Assembly: GCA_032128875.1 (NCBI GenBank)
Contig: JAVLKG010000003.1
Location: 353,008-417,007, forward strand
DNA: 64,000 nucleotides
Reading direction: 5' to 3'
Origin: Candidatus Melainabacteria bacterium 17Bon1m
Lineage (GTDB): Bacteria > Cyanobacteriota > Vampirovibrionia > Obscuribacterales > Obscuribacteraceae
Part shown: positions 9,316-18,878 of the stretch, piece by piece
How positions within the stretch are numbered: position 1 is the stretch's first letter
Layout: the number at the start of each line of letters is the position of its first letter
The notes under the pieces: generated by a model
Databases searched by the model: none
Told to the model about the DNA's origin: nothing
What the model saw: only the letters and a program-made list of their open reading frames with translations
Translations under genes and position numbers: made by a program

Positions 9316-10443
9316 GTGAACACCTTCTTAAGTTCATCTCAAGAAGCGCTCAAAGAGCAGTATGAAAAGTATGCCGCAGAAGAGATTCAACCGGCGGCTA
9401 AAGATTTAGAGCTAGGCAAGACTTCGCTCAAAGAATTCTTGCAAAAGCTCGGTCAGACTGGTTTTCTCGGCTTGGCTATTGCAAAAGAGTACGGTGGTGC
9501 CTCCGGCACTTTCCTGGAGCAATCGCTTTTCGTCGAAGCTGCCAGTGAATACGAAGCAGGGCTAGGACTCTCGCTCTCTGCCCACTTCCAAGTTGTTGAG
9601 TTGATTAAGCGTTATGGCGACGATCGTCAAAAGTCGCGCTATTTGCCTTTACTGGCGCGCGGCGAAGCAGTTGGCGCATTTTGCTTGAATGAAGAGAACG
9701 CAGGAAGCGATTATTCTTTGGTTGAAGCTGTTGCGTCAACGAAGCAAGAAGCTCCCAAGCTCAACGGCAAAAAGCTCTGGGTTGTTAACGGCAAGATTGC
9801 GACCCTTTTGGTCGTCGCAGCGAAGGACGAAGAGACTGGAAAACTCTCTCTTTGGCTCGTAGATGCTGGTGACAGTAAGTCTCTGAAAGTTACTGCTGGT
9901 GCGAAGAAATTGGGACTGCGCTCCGCAAGCACCGACATAGTTGAATTCGTCGATACCAAGCTGGCGGAAGGCAGCCGGCTTGAAGGTGACGCCAGCGAGC
10001 AAATCGAATTTGCACTTGATGTAGCGAAAACGATTTTAGCAATGGCTTCTATCGGAATGAGTCAGGGTGCGATGAAACTTGCTGTAGATCACGCAAAGAC
10101 CCGCAAGCAGTTCGGCAAGAATATCGGTGCATTCCAAGGCATTCAATGGAAGATCGCCGACATGAGCACAGATGTAGCAGCTGCACGTATGCTCGCATTG
10201 CGCGCCGCTTGGGCGTTTGATGAGTCGAAAGATGAATTCAGAAAGTGTGCCGCTATGGCAAAACTGCTTTCTTCCAAAGCTGCCAGACTCCACACAGGCG
10301 AAGCGATTCAAATCATGGGCGCCAGTGGAATCGTCGAAGATTCGCCAACCGAGCGCTTCTATCGCGACGCCAAAATGATGGAAATCTGTCAGGGCACCTC
10401 CGAATTGCAGAAGGTTATCATCGCGGACGAACTCAAAGTCTAG
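9316..10443 (+). CDS. Acyl-CoA dehydrogenase family protein
   Basis: AFCLNEENAGSD, LNGKKLWV, KLGLRS, RKQFGK, IQIMGASG, ERFYRDAK, EICQGTSE; start GTG 9316 or ATG 9304. Confidence 0.93.
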   Translation: MNTFLSSSQEALKEQYEKYAAEEIQPAAKDLELGKTSLKEFLQKLGQTGFLGLAIAKEYGGASGTFLEQSLFVEAASEYEAGLGLSLSAHFQVVELIKRYGDDRQKSRYLPLLARGEAVGAFCLNEENAGSDYSLVEAVASTKQEAPKLNGKKLWVVNGKIATLLVVAAKDEETGKLSLWLVDAGDSKSLKVTAGAKKLGLRSASTDIVEFVDTKLAEGSRLEGDASEQIEFALDVAKTILAMASIGMSQGAMKLAVDHAKTRKQFGKNIGAFQGIQWKIADMSTDVAAARMLALRAAWAFDESKDEFRKCAAMAKLLSSKAARLHTGEAIQIMGASGIVEDSPTERFYRDAKMMEICQGTSELQKVIIADELKV

Positions 10444-10456
10444 GATTGGTGAGCTT

Positions 10457-11719
10457 ATGTTTGATAAGCGCGAAAGCAAGGGTAAGGCAGTCGGTACTTT
10501 CGGCAAATCTGCACTCTGTGCAATCGCAATTGTGGCGTTGTTTAGCAGTGCCGCAACTGCGGAGCCGTATTCAGAAGGTATCGAGTTTTACAATCAACGC
10601 AACTTCCAGCGTGCTGCAAGTTGTTTTGAAACAGCGATTGCTCGCAGCCCTGAAAACACAAATGCAATCTACTACGCTGCACTTACCTATCAGCAATTGC
10701 GCAACAATCCTCGTGCTATCGAGCTCTACAAGCAGCTCGCTACGCGTTATCCAGGTTCGCGTGGTGGCAAGTTGGCAATTCAAGCCCTGCAAGGATTAGG
10801 AGCTGGTGGTGGAAGTGGTGGTGGTTATTCGTCTTCTTCTGCATCTACAACTCGATCATATTCGAGATCTTATGGCGGCTCCAGCTCCAGCAGCGAAGAT
10901 CCTGATCTTGCAAGACTGCCTGCTCAAGAGCGTCTCCACTTCCGCACGGAAGACAATGGTGGAAAACCAGTGCTTTGGGTGTCGGGTGCCGTGCGTAGCA
11001 CACCGCTGGATTTTGTTTTTGACACGGGAGCAGACCACACTGTTATCGGTATGGACCATCTGGCACAGATTGGACTTCCGAGACCGAGTGGTCCGCCCGA
11101 TGGTCACTCTATGGGTGTAGGCAACAAGGTTAGCGAAAGCTGGATTATACGAACCGATGTAAAAGTTGGCGGCATTCAACGCCACAATTTTCCTCTTTGG
11201 GTTTCGGACAGAACAGGCGTTCCGCCTCTTCTGGGGCGCAACTTCATGGAGCCATTCAACTACACCATTGATACGAGTGGTGGCAGCATTCTTATGACAA
11301 AGAAGGTGACTGCTTCATCATCCGGCGGATTTGGCGTTTCCAGTCAAGGCGGCGTTCCGTTTAGACGCGTTAGAGGCGGTGGTGTTCTCGTCTCTGTAGA
11401 AGTGAATGGAAGGCCTATAGACATGCTTTTCGATACTGGAGCGCAGTCATGCTTGTTCAGCAAGAAGGACATGCGAGATCTAGGAATATCAATCCCCGCA
11501 GATGCGGAGCATGAAATGACTCAAGGTGTGGGCGGCGCAATGCCGGGTCTCAAATTCCCAGTCTCCCGCATGAAGCTGGGTCCCATCGATAAGACTAATT
11601 TACCTATCACTGTCGTCGAACAAGATTTTGGTGAGCCCCTGCTCGGGCAGTCTTTTTTCCACGACTATCAATACACCATTGACGATCAGCGCAACGTTAT
11701 CCGCTTCCTGCGCAGGTAG
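10457..11719 (+). CDS. Exported TPR protein with two retropepsin-like aspartyl protease domains
   Basis: Signal peptide, TPR helices, G/S linker, and two FDTGA motifs each followed by an LLG motif. Confidence 0.88.
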   Translation: MFDKRESKGKAVGTFGKSALCAIAIVALFSSAATAEPYSEGIEFYNQRNFQRAASCFETAIARSPENTNAIYYAALTYQQLRNNPRAIELYKQLATRYPGSRGGKLAIQALQGLGAGGGSGGGYSSSSASTTRSYSRSYGGSSSSSEDPDLARLPAQERLHFRTEDNGGKPVLWVSGAVRSTPLDFVFDTGADHTVIGMDHLAQIGLPRPSGPPDGHSMGVGNKVSESWIIRTDVKVGGIQRHNFPLWVSDRTGVPPLLGRNFMEPFNYTIDTSGGSILMTKKVTASSSGGFGVSSQGGVPFRRVRGGGVLVSVEVNGRPIDMLFDTGAQSCLFSKKDMRDLGISIPADAEHEMTQGVGGAMPGLKFPVSRMKLGPIDKTNLPITVVEQDFGEPLLGQSFFHDYQYTIDDQRNVIRFLRR

Positions 11720-11722
11720 TGG

Positions 11723-12478
11723 ATGGCGACTCTATCTGTCGTTATCGTGGCGAAGAACGAAGAGCGCATCATAGGACGCACTCTCGATGCTGTTCGTGAT
11801 ATTGCTGATGAAATTTTGGTTGTTGATTCTGGTTCAGAAGACAAGACTGTTGAGATTGCTACGGCGAAAGGCGCTCGTGTTGTGCACCAAGACTGGCTTG
11901 GTTACGCGGGACAGAAGAATTTCGCTTTGTCGCTTGCAAAAAGTGACTGGCTTTTAAGTCTTGATTCGGATGAAGTCTTGACACCAGATTCGGTGGCGGA
12001 GATAAAGGCAATAGTGTCAGGTGAAACTGCTGGCAAGTGTGATGGATACAAGATTCCACGGATTCTCTATATTGGGGAACATCCGGTACGGCATGGTGGC
12101 TTTTACCCCGATGCTCAATTGCGTTTGATTCAAAACGGGAAAGGAAAGTTTCGTGATCGCATGGTGCACGAACGCATCTTTGTAGACGGACCGGTCGCTG
12201 TTCTGCGGCATCCCATGTTGCATTACAGCTATAAAAACGTCGATGAATTCACTAAAGCAATGGACAAGTATGCTCGTTTGTCGGCTGAAGAATTCAAACA
12301 AGATGGTTCGAAAAAATGGCGTGCCAATCCATTGAACGAGCTATTGCATCCCATGTGGACCTTCTTCGCGCGCTATGTTCTACGCCTAGGTTTCCTCGAT
12401 GGAAAGCTCGGTTGGGAATTGAACTGGATCTACAGCAACTACGTGCGCAACAAGATCCGCTATTTGCGAGAATCGTAG
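11723..12478 (+). CDS. GT2 glycosyltransferase (WaaE/KdtX-like)
   Basis: LSVVIVAKNEE, VVDSGSEDKT, WLGYAGQKN, LDSDE, VHE, GFLDG motifs. Confidence 0.9.
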   Translation: MATLSVVIVAKNEERIIGRTLDAVRDIADEILVVDSGSEDKTVEIATAKGARVVHQDWLGYAGQKNFALSLAKSDWLLSLDSDEVLTPDSVAEIKAIVSGETAGKCDGYKIPRILYIGEHPVRHGGFYPDAQLRLIQNGKGKFRDRMVHERIFVDGPVAVLRHPMLHYSYKNVDEFTKAMDKYARLSAEEFKQDGSKKWRANPLNELLHPMWTFFARYVLRLGFLDGKLGWELNWIYSNYVRNKIRYLRES

Positions 12479-12500
12479 GGTCGACGCCATGCGTCAACCG
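12475..12500 (+). repeat. GTAG-type REP-like palindrome
   Basis: GTAG-GGTCGACGC-CAT-GCGTCAACC; near-identical copy at 45025. Confidence 0.8.
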
Positions 12501-12503
12501 GTC

Positions 12504-12899
12504 TTAGTTCCTAAACGCCCGTATAGTCGCGTGCAATAAGGGGAACGAGAAAATCAGCGACGATGAAAGCCTCCACATGGAGTTCCAGAAGAGCTGGAGT
12601 TTTGTGTTTTCTGTGCCAAACATCTTGATCAAGAACAACCTGTCCAGCAGTATTGCTGGAACTCCGCAAAGAAGTATCAATAGGACAGGCATTGAGACTC
12701 TGGCGGAAACGAATGGAAGAACGATGTATCCCAGCAGTACGATAATGGTATTTGAGAGTAAGTTCGCTTTGAGTAATACAAAATAGCTTGTTCCGAAATC
12801 CTTGCCAACGATGGACTTTGTGAAAAGTGGCGCGGCAAACAGGCTTGGGAGGCATACCACCAAGACAGCCACTGGGAACAATGGAATGTTCGGAAGCAT
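12504..12899 (-). CDS. Small multi-pass membrane protein
   Basis: 131 aa with about four hydrophobic segments. Confidence 0.65.
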   Translation of the reverse strand: MLPNIPLFPVAVLVVCLPSLFAAPLFTKSIVGKDFGTSYFVLLKANLLSNTIIVLLGYIVLPFVSARVSMPVLLILLCGVPAILLDRLFLIKMFGTENTKLQLFWNSMWRLSSSLIFSFPLLHATIRAFRN

Positions 12900-12941
12900 T
12901 CTGATGTGTCTACTGTTTTCTACGTTGGAAGGAAACTAATT

Positions 12942-13241
12942 CTATTCTTCCATGATCTCGCGCATCAGAGACTCATAGCGGCGTAGATTCTGTTCGTAGA
13001 TTGATCTGTCTGAGGCTTTTGCCGAATCTTCGTTGAGTGACTGCCCAAGCCAGGGCGCTTGCTCTACCAAGACGTCTTGAGCCACCCAGCCGCGAACTGT
13101 GAGCGATTCCCAGCTAGGGACGCCCATCGAGCTGCAATCGTAACGCACTACTTCCGCTTGCGCAGCCGTAATGATGTTTTTCTCCACCAGCGTTGCCAAA
13201 AGCGCTTCAGATTGCTTGTCTTGTTCTGAAGTTGTGCTCAT
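12942..13241 (-). CDS. Hypothetical protein with degenerate T2SSE-N/MshEN-like helical motif
   Basis: LVEKNIITAAQAE...ESLTVRGWV pattern; directly downstream of the KH gene. Confidence 0.6.
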   Translation of the reverse strand: MSTTSEQDKQSEALLATLVEKNIITAAQAEVVRYDCSSMGVPSWESLTVRGWVAQDVLVEQAPWLGQSLNEDSAKASDRSIYEQNLRRYESLMREIMEE

Positions 13242-13250
13242 GCGGCGAGC

Positions 13251-13607
13251 TTATTGGATTTCTATGTCTACTCGTTTGCCATGGCGGCTTGCAGCCGCTC
13301 TGACCAGATTGCGCAAGGCAGTAATTGTCTTACCGTCTTTGCCAATCAACCGTCCGGTAATGGTCGGTTCGCAAGTGACGCCCAGACGGCAACGTCTGGA
13401 GCCCATCATCTTACGGTCGAATTGGAGCGCGTCTGGGTCGCGCGCTAACACGCGCAAAATATACTCGGCCAAATCTTCAGCCGCTGTCGAATTGCTGGGC
13501 GGACCCGAAGATCTGCCTACGCCGTAGCCGCCGGGGCGCCTGCCGCCGCCGCCTTTCTTAAAAGGCTTGCCACCGTATCGCTTGGCTGGGCCCCGTTTTT
13601 CATCCAT
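13251..13607 (-). CDS. khpA: KH domain RNA-binding protein (KhpA/YlqC); start uncertain
   Basis: [15 protein letters not shown] (GxxG loop); position directly after rpsP is conserved synteny. Confidence 0.85.
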   Translation of the reverse strand: MDEKRGPAKRYGGKPFKKGGGGRRPGGYGVGRSSGPPSNSTAAEDLAEYILRVLARDPDALQFDRKMMGSRRCRLGVTCEPTITGRLIGKDGKTITALRNLVRAAASRHGKRVDIEIQ

Positions 13608-13771
13608 CTGTCTACCGCTTCCTGGTCGAGTTTGAGTTCCTTAGACTGCGGATTGTAATATCCGAGCTCTTCCAACGGCTTACCGTCACGACGGGTCCGA
13701 ACATCAACTGCAACGACTCTGTAGTGCGGCGCTTTCTTGGAGCCTACTCTCTTAAGTCTGATCTTTACCAC
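13517..13771 (-). CDS. rpsP: 30S ribosomal protein S16
   Basis: [35 protein letters not shown]...GAQPSDTV. Confidence 0.98.
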   Translation of the reverse strand: MVKIRLKRVGSKKAPHYRVVAVDVRTRRDGKPLEELGYYNPQSKELKLDQEAVDRWMKNGAQPSDTVASLLRKAAAAGAPAATA

Positions 13772-13935
13772 TGAACTTTCCTTTGAACGATTGAAGTCGC
13801 AGGACTTCTTTTATGCGAACACGTTTATATAAAGGCATATATTATGCGAATGGATATTTTAGCAGGTGCTTTCGGCCCGCAAGGATTGCAAGAGCGTATA
13901 TTTGCGCGATTGCAAAGAAGACGGTAACACTTGCC

Positions 13936-15504
13936 CTATTTCTTCTTCTTTTTCTTGTAATAGCCGCCGCCTATTCCGCCCGGATAGCCCGACGGGGGCT
14001 TCTTCTTAGGCATGCTACCCGGCAGTCCGCCAGGGAATCCAGGAGGTAATCCTCCGGGCATTCCGCCCGGCATTGGAGGAAGTCCTGGTTTGCCGCCGCC
14101 CATTCCCGGCAAGCCTGCAAAGGGATTCGGCATTTCGGCACCAGTGCCGCCTGGAGAGCCTCCCGGCATGCCTGGGAAACCACCGCCAAAGCCGCCCATT
14201 AACTTACGGAAATGCGTCATCATGCCACGCATCTGTTCAAACTCATTTAACATTTGCCCGACTTCTGAGTCCTTGAGTCCCGCACCAGCAGCGATTCGGC
14301 GTCTGCGGCTCATGGTGATAATCTCGGGTTTGCGCTGCTCTTCGAGTGTCATAGAGCTAATAGCTGTCTCATAGAGCTTCATCATCTTGTCGCCATGCTC
14401 GGCGATTTGCGCTTGCTGAGAGCTGTTTAAGCCGAACATGCCGCCGACGCCCATCATCTTCATAAGATCGCCCATGTTGCCCATCTTCTTCATCATCTTT
14501 TGGGACTTGATGAACATCTCCAGGGTGAACTCGCCCTGGAGCATTTGCATAGCCACTTTCTCGGCTTCTTTCTCGTCGATGACTTGCTTGGCTTTTTCGA
14601 CGAGGGAAAGGACGTCGCCCATGTCGAGGATTCTGCTCGCCATGCGGTCTGGGTAGAAGGCATCGAGGTTGTCCAGCTTTTCGCCGGTGCTGATGTACTT
14701 GATCGGTTTGCCGACGATTTCACGAACTGAAAGCGCTGCACCGCCTCTGGCGTCACCATCGACCTTGGTCATAATGATGCCGGATACATCTAGCTGTGTA
14801 TTGAAGGTTTCTGCAACGTTGACTGACTCCTGTCCGGTCATCGCGTCGATGACCAAGAGCTTCTCGGACGGCTCGAAAGCGCGGTCGAGAATCATGATTT
14901 CAGCCATTAGTTCCGTATCGATTTGCAGACGACCGGCGGTGTCGATGATGACTGGAGAGTTGTTGTTTTCTCTTGCTTGAGCGAGTGCGCGCTCGGCAAT
15001 CTCGTGCACATCTTTGCTTTCGAGATCGGCGAAAACAGGGACGTCAATCTGTTTGCCGAGTGTTTGAAGCTGGAGAATCGCAGCCGGACGTTGAACGTCG
15101 CAAGCCACCATAAGTGGTGACATGCCTTCGTCCTTCAACTTCTTAGCGAGCTTTCCGCAGGCTGTAGTTTTACCAGCACCCTGCAAGCCCAAGAGCATTA
15201 CTACAGGCGGCTTGCCTTCGAGTGTAATAGGAACATTGTCAGTTCCCAAAATCTCAATCAGTTCGTCGTGTACAACTTTGACGAATTGCTGCGTGGGCGA
15301 AACGGATTCAATAACTTCCGTTCCCAGTGCCTTCTGTCGGACGCGGCTTATGAAAAGCTTTACTACCTTCAAGCTGACGTCTGCTTCCAGCAGTGCGCGC
15401 CTGACTTCGCCAATCGCTTCCTCGATGTTTTCCGCGGTCAATTTGGTGTCGCCACCAAGATTGCGCATCGCGTTTTTCAATCGATCGCTTAACTGGTCAA
15501 ACAT
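13936..15504 (-). CDS. ffh: Signal recognition particle protein
   Basis: ALLEADV, GLQGAGKTT, DTAGR, TKVDGDARGG, RILDMGD, M domain SRRRRIAAGAG; ffh-rpsP synteny. Confidence 0.98.
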   Translation of the reverse strand: MFDQLSDRLKNAMRNLGGDTKLTAENIEEAIGEVRRALLEADVSLKVVKLFISRVRQKALGTEVIESVSPTQQFVKVVHDELIEILGTDNVPITLEGKPPVVMLLGLQGAGKTTACGKLAKKLKDEGMSPLMVACDVQRPAAILQLQTLGKQIDVPVFADLESKDVHEIAERALAQARENNNSPVIIDTAGRLQIDTELMAEIMILDRAFEPSEKLLVIDAMTGQESVNVAETFNTQLDVSGIIMTKVDGDARGGAALSVREIVGKPIKYISTGEKLDNLDAFYPDRMASRILDMGDVLSLVEKAKQVIDEKEAEKVAMQMLQGEFTLEMFIKSQKMMKKMGNMGDLMKMMGVGGMFGLNSSQQAQIAEHGDKMMKLYETAISSMTLEEQRKPEIITMSRRRRIAAGAGLKDSEVGQMLNEFEQMRGMMTHFRKLMGGFGGGFPGMPGGSPGGTGAEMPNPFAGLPGMGGGKPGLPPMPGGMPGGLPPGFPGGLPGSMPKKKPPSGYPGGIGGGYYKKKKKK

Positions 15505-15579
15505 GCTTCAAATTACCTCTCGTCGTTTTCTCTTTGATTGGCTCTGTAGAGCCGATTTGGACTTTTGAACTTGGAATTA

Positions 15580-16947
15580 TTACTTCTTCTTTTCGGATTT
15601 GGTTTTGCGCTTTTCTTGCACTTCTTCCGGGTGCGCCAGCTCTTGGATGTCGATGACTTTCTCGTCGATTTCAGGCGGATAGATTAGCCAGAATGACTCG
15701 TAATTGCCCCCGACAAGCGCTTTGACAGTTGGCGAAAGCTCTGACAATTCCGCAACTATTCCAGTGTCGGTTCTTACCACGATGTTTGTTTCTGGATGCA
15801 CAGATTCTGGTCTGTAGTAGTCGTATGGGCGGAAGCCCGTCGACTCGACTGCTACGTAATACTCGGGGTCCATACCGTGCGCTTTGACCAATTCTTTGGT
15901 GTGGTTTTGAACTTGTTCGATCAAGTTTTGGAACTTTCCGTTGCCGTTGCCACCAGTTGTTGGTGGCATGATACGCACGGATTTGAACAATCTGCGATCA
16001 AGAAAACGTCTGGCAAGGTCCTTCAGGACCGGGTCTTTATCTTCGACCCAACGTTTGATGTGATAGGTCATTTGGATGTCGTCGAGTGATAGATATTCAT
16101 CGACTGTCAAGTCTTCACCGTTCAGCCATTTCTGAGTCGGCTCGTCCATAAAGCTGAACTTGTGATTTTGTTCCATCAAGTGCCTGACACGCTTAAGCAG
16201 TTTGGCTAGATGGGCTCTGGCTGCCAGATTTTTGCGATGGTAATAGACCTGCGCATACATCGAATAGCGACCGAACAAATAATCTTCGACTGCTGTTTGT
16301 CCCTTTTCGCCAACGACCTCGATGCGATCTTTTTCTTGATTCACTTCCATCGAGCGAAGAATGCGCTGCAGTGCGAGATGCCCATAGGCAGTGCCTGTCA
16401 TATAGCTATCGCGGAGCAAGTAATCGAATCTGTCGCAATCGAGTTGGCTCGAAACAATGTGCGAGACATATTTTGGTAAGTGCTGTTTCTTCAGCAGTTT
16501 TACAATCTTCTCCGCGAGATTTGGAACTTCAGTAAATCCGTCGAGAACTTTGCGTATCTCCGTATCGCCGGATATGATGCGGCAAGACCACTCTTCGTGA
16601 TCGTAGTGAAGGATTTTTTCTGTGACGTGGCTGTAGGGTCCGTGACCGCAATCGTGCAAAAGCGCAGAAGCAAGAATCAGCGGTCTGTGCTCTTCAATTG
16701 ACGGTGTTTTCTCCTTCAGCATGTCGATAAGTTGCGATGCGATGTGCATGACGCCGACCGAGTGCGTAAAGCGGGAGCCTTCAGCGCCCTGAAAAGTGAA
16801 GAAAGAAACGCCCAATTGGTGAACGCGGCGCAGGCGCTGGAATTCGCGGGTGTCGATCAGGTCCATAACCAGGCGCTCTGCGGGGATGCGCCGGTCCAGG
16901 ACGATGTCCTGATGGATCGGGTCGAGATAAGTCCGCTTGTTCGCCAT
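15580..16947 (-). CDS. HD-domain phosphohydrolase (SAMHD1-like dNTPase family)
   Basis: DPIH, FQRLRRVHQLG, SRFTHSVG, LLHDCGHGPYSH, LDCDRFDYLLRD, MYAQVYYH; start set at ATG 16947. Confidence 0.92.
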   Translation of the reverse strand: MANKRTYLDPIHQDIVLDRRIPAERLVMDLIDTREFQRLRRVHQLGVSFFTFQGAEGSRFTHSVGVMHIASQLIDMLKEKTPSIEEHRPLILASALLHDCGHGPYSHVTEKILHYDHEEWSCRIISGDTEIRKVLDGFTEVPNLAEKIVKLLKKQHLPKYVSHIVSSQLDCDRFDYLLRDSYMTGTAYGHLALQRILRSMEVNQEKDRIEVVGEKGQTAVEDYLFGRYSMYAQVYYHRKNLAARAHLAKLLKRVRHLMEQNHKFSFMDEPTQKWLNGEDLTVDEYLSLDDIQMTYHIKRWVEDKDPVLKDLARRFLDRRLFKSVRIMPPTTGGNGNGKFQNLIEQVQNHTKELVKAHGMDPEYYVAVESTGFRPYDYYRPESVHPETNIVVRTDTGIVAELSELSPTVKALVGGNYESFWLIYPPEIDEKVIDIQELAHPEEVQEKRKTKSEKKK

Positions 16948-17179
16948 GTTGAAAACCTGCTTCTTGAAAAACCTTACGCCGCAACCGGAAACACCGATTT
17001 TTCGGCAAAAGGAACAGCCCGCATACTGCAAGCAGCCTAATTATACTGGGATAGAGAAGAACAGTTTCTCTTTATGACAGCAAATGGAGTCGCTCAAACC
17101 AATTGTTTAACCTTACCAGTTGGAAAGTTTTGGCTTCTGCCTGGGAATAACTTCCTAGAGAGAAGCTAGTTTTGAGGCT

Positions 17180-18121
17180 TTGGACTGCATGATTCTAGAA
17201 AAGCAATGGTTTCCTAGTCCGGTTTCTCAGCCACTGGGAGTTTCAAGCATTCTTCAGCGAAGTCTCGCTACCTACATTGCCAATTTGGGGTTTTGCTCGA
17301 AGCTGTTTTTGCTTCCTGCAGTTGTCTTAGTCGTCAGCGGTTTGCCTTTTACTCTTTTTTCGCATGCTGCTCATGCCAACAAAGACCATCTTTCAATTGC
17401 ACTGATGTGGGGCTGGTTTTTGTTCATGCAGATACCGCTTTATTACAGCTGTGCAGTGCGCGGCACGATTCTGCAACGCTTAGCGCTTTTGCCGAATGAG
17501 GAGTTTGTGCCTGCCGCTGCTTACGCAAATAGGTTTTGGTGGATGCGTAGCTCAGCCAGTGTGGCCAGAGATATTTTTCAGATTGCCGGGTTCATATTGC
17601 TCGGAGGAATTGGGGTTGCCGGATGGTTCATTTTCGGCGCGTTTTCTCCAGCCTTTTTTGCACTTGCAGCAGTGCTTTCCGCGCTCATGTGCTTCGCTTG
17701 GTTCTCGTGCGAATTCCTTCACATGTGCTTTTCCGTGTCAGTTGCAGCAGAAGAAAAGCGATTTGGACAACATTGGCGCAGCGCGCTCGCACTTTTCCGC
17801 AGGGCATTCTGGCGAGGAAGTAACTTTCAGGTGCTGCTTTTCGTGCTCTATTTCGCAATAAGCATGCTGTTTAATCCAGTCACTCTCTACTACCTTCCCC
17901 AGGTTGGAGAACTTGGGTTGTGGGGTTGCATGTTTCCACAAAATCCTCCGCTTCTGGTGGCGTTATTTCGCGATTTGTTCAGTGTTTTCAACACTTTAGT
18001 GGGCTTTCCGATTTTCTACATCTGCGCGGCATATTTTATTCACGATCTGCGTGTGCGCAACAATTTACCGCTCTTGGTCGGAGAAAACGGCCATGAGTAT
18101 GAGCCCCTACTGCCATCATGA
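17180..18121 (+). CDS. Multi-pass membrane protein
   Basis: Six or more hydrophobic segments. Confidence 0.7.
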   Translation: MDCMILEKQWFPSPVSQPLGVSSILQRSLATYIANLGFCSKLFLLPAVVLVVSGLPFTLFSHAAHANKDHLSIALMWGWFLFMQIPLYYSCAVRGTILQRLALLPNEEFVPAAAYANRFWWMRSSASVARDIFQIAGFILLGGIGVAGWFIFGAFSPAFFALAAVLSALMCFAWFSCEFLHMCFSVSVAAEEKRFGQHWRSALALFRRAFWRGSNFQVLLFVLYFAISMLFNPVTLYYLPQVGELGLWGCMFPQNPPLLVALFRDLFSVFNTLVGFPIFYICAAYFIHDLRVRNNLPLLVGENGHEYEPLLPS

Positions 18122-18184
18122 AGTCTGGGGCGAGTTACAGTTTTTCTCTGGTTCTTAGGCAAGTCTGTCTTTCAGATATTGAAA

Positions 18185-18661
18185 CTAAGCGGCTTTCTTC
18201 TTTTTGCCGGACATCGCGATAGATGCGACTGCGAGCAGCATTGCGGTGCCCAGAATTGGTTGCGAGAGGTGATGCAGCTTGTCGAATTTTGCTCCAACTT
18301 CTGCGTCTGTCTTCATTTGTGGCAGCATCTCAGCCATCGGTGCTGTTAGTCCGAGCGCGAACACGAGAACGAGAATCGCGCTAGCAATGCTGGTTCCATA
18401 TCTTGCGAAAGTGCATTTGCTCTTTTCTGGGTTGGTGAAAAAGTCTGCGACTTCACTAACGATGAGTGCAATTGCGGCCCCCAGCGCCAGTTTGCTGAAG
18501 TGGATAAATAGCGGTGCATTTGCTAACCCGATTGTGGCTTTATCAAGTCCCGCTGCGTGCCCTTCTTTTGCGATGTTTACTACGACAAAAACTATGGCTA
18601 CCGATCCGCCGAAGATTATTGACAGGGCGAGAAGGCGCAATGTTTCTACGAGTTTGTTCAT
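18185..18661 (-). CDS. Four-TM membrane protein (DUF4149-like)
   Basis: Four TM helices ending FDKLHHLS; start at ATG 18661. Confidence 0.7.
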   Translation of the reverse strand: MNKLVETLRLLALSIIFGGSVAIVFVVVNIAKEGHAAGLDKATIGLANAPLFIHFSKLALGAAIALIVSEVADFFTNPEKSKCTFARYGTSIASAILVLVFALGLTAPMAEMLPQMKTDAEVGAKFDKLHHLSQPILGTAMLLAVASIAMSGKKKKAA

Positions 18662-18878
18662 GAATTGATACCTGCTGGATTTGGTGGACTTGCTGGGATT
18701 GTCGGCTACTAGCCAACACCCTATCCCGGTCATGCAAACGGCATGAAAGCTCGGCTTCGGTAACTTCAAGAAGTGCTACCATTGCCTTCTCGGTCCACCG
18801 GGGACATTTTACATCCTTGGCAACGAGTGCAATTTGGCACAGGGTCGTGTTATGACACTGGTCTAACGATAGAGACCG

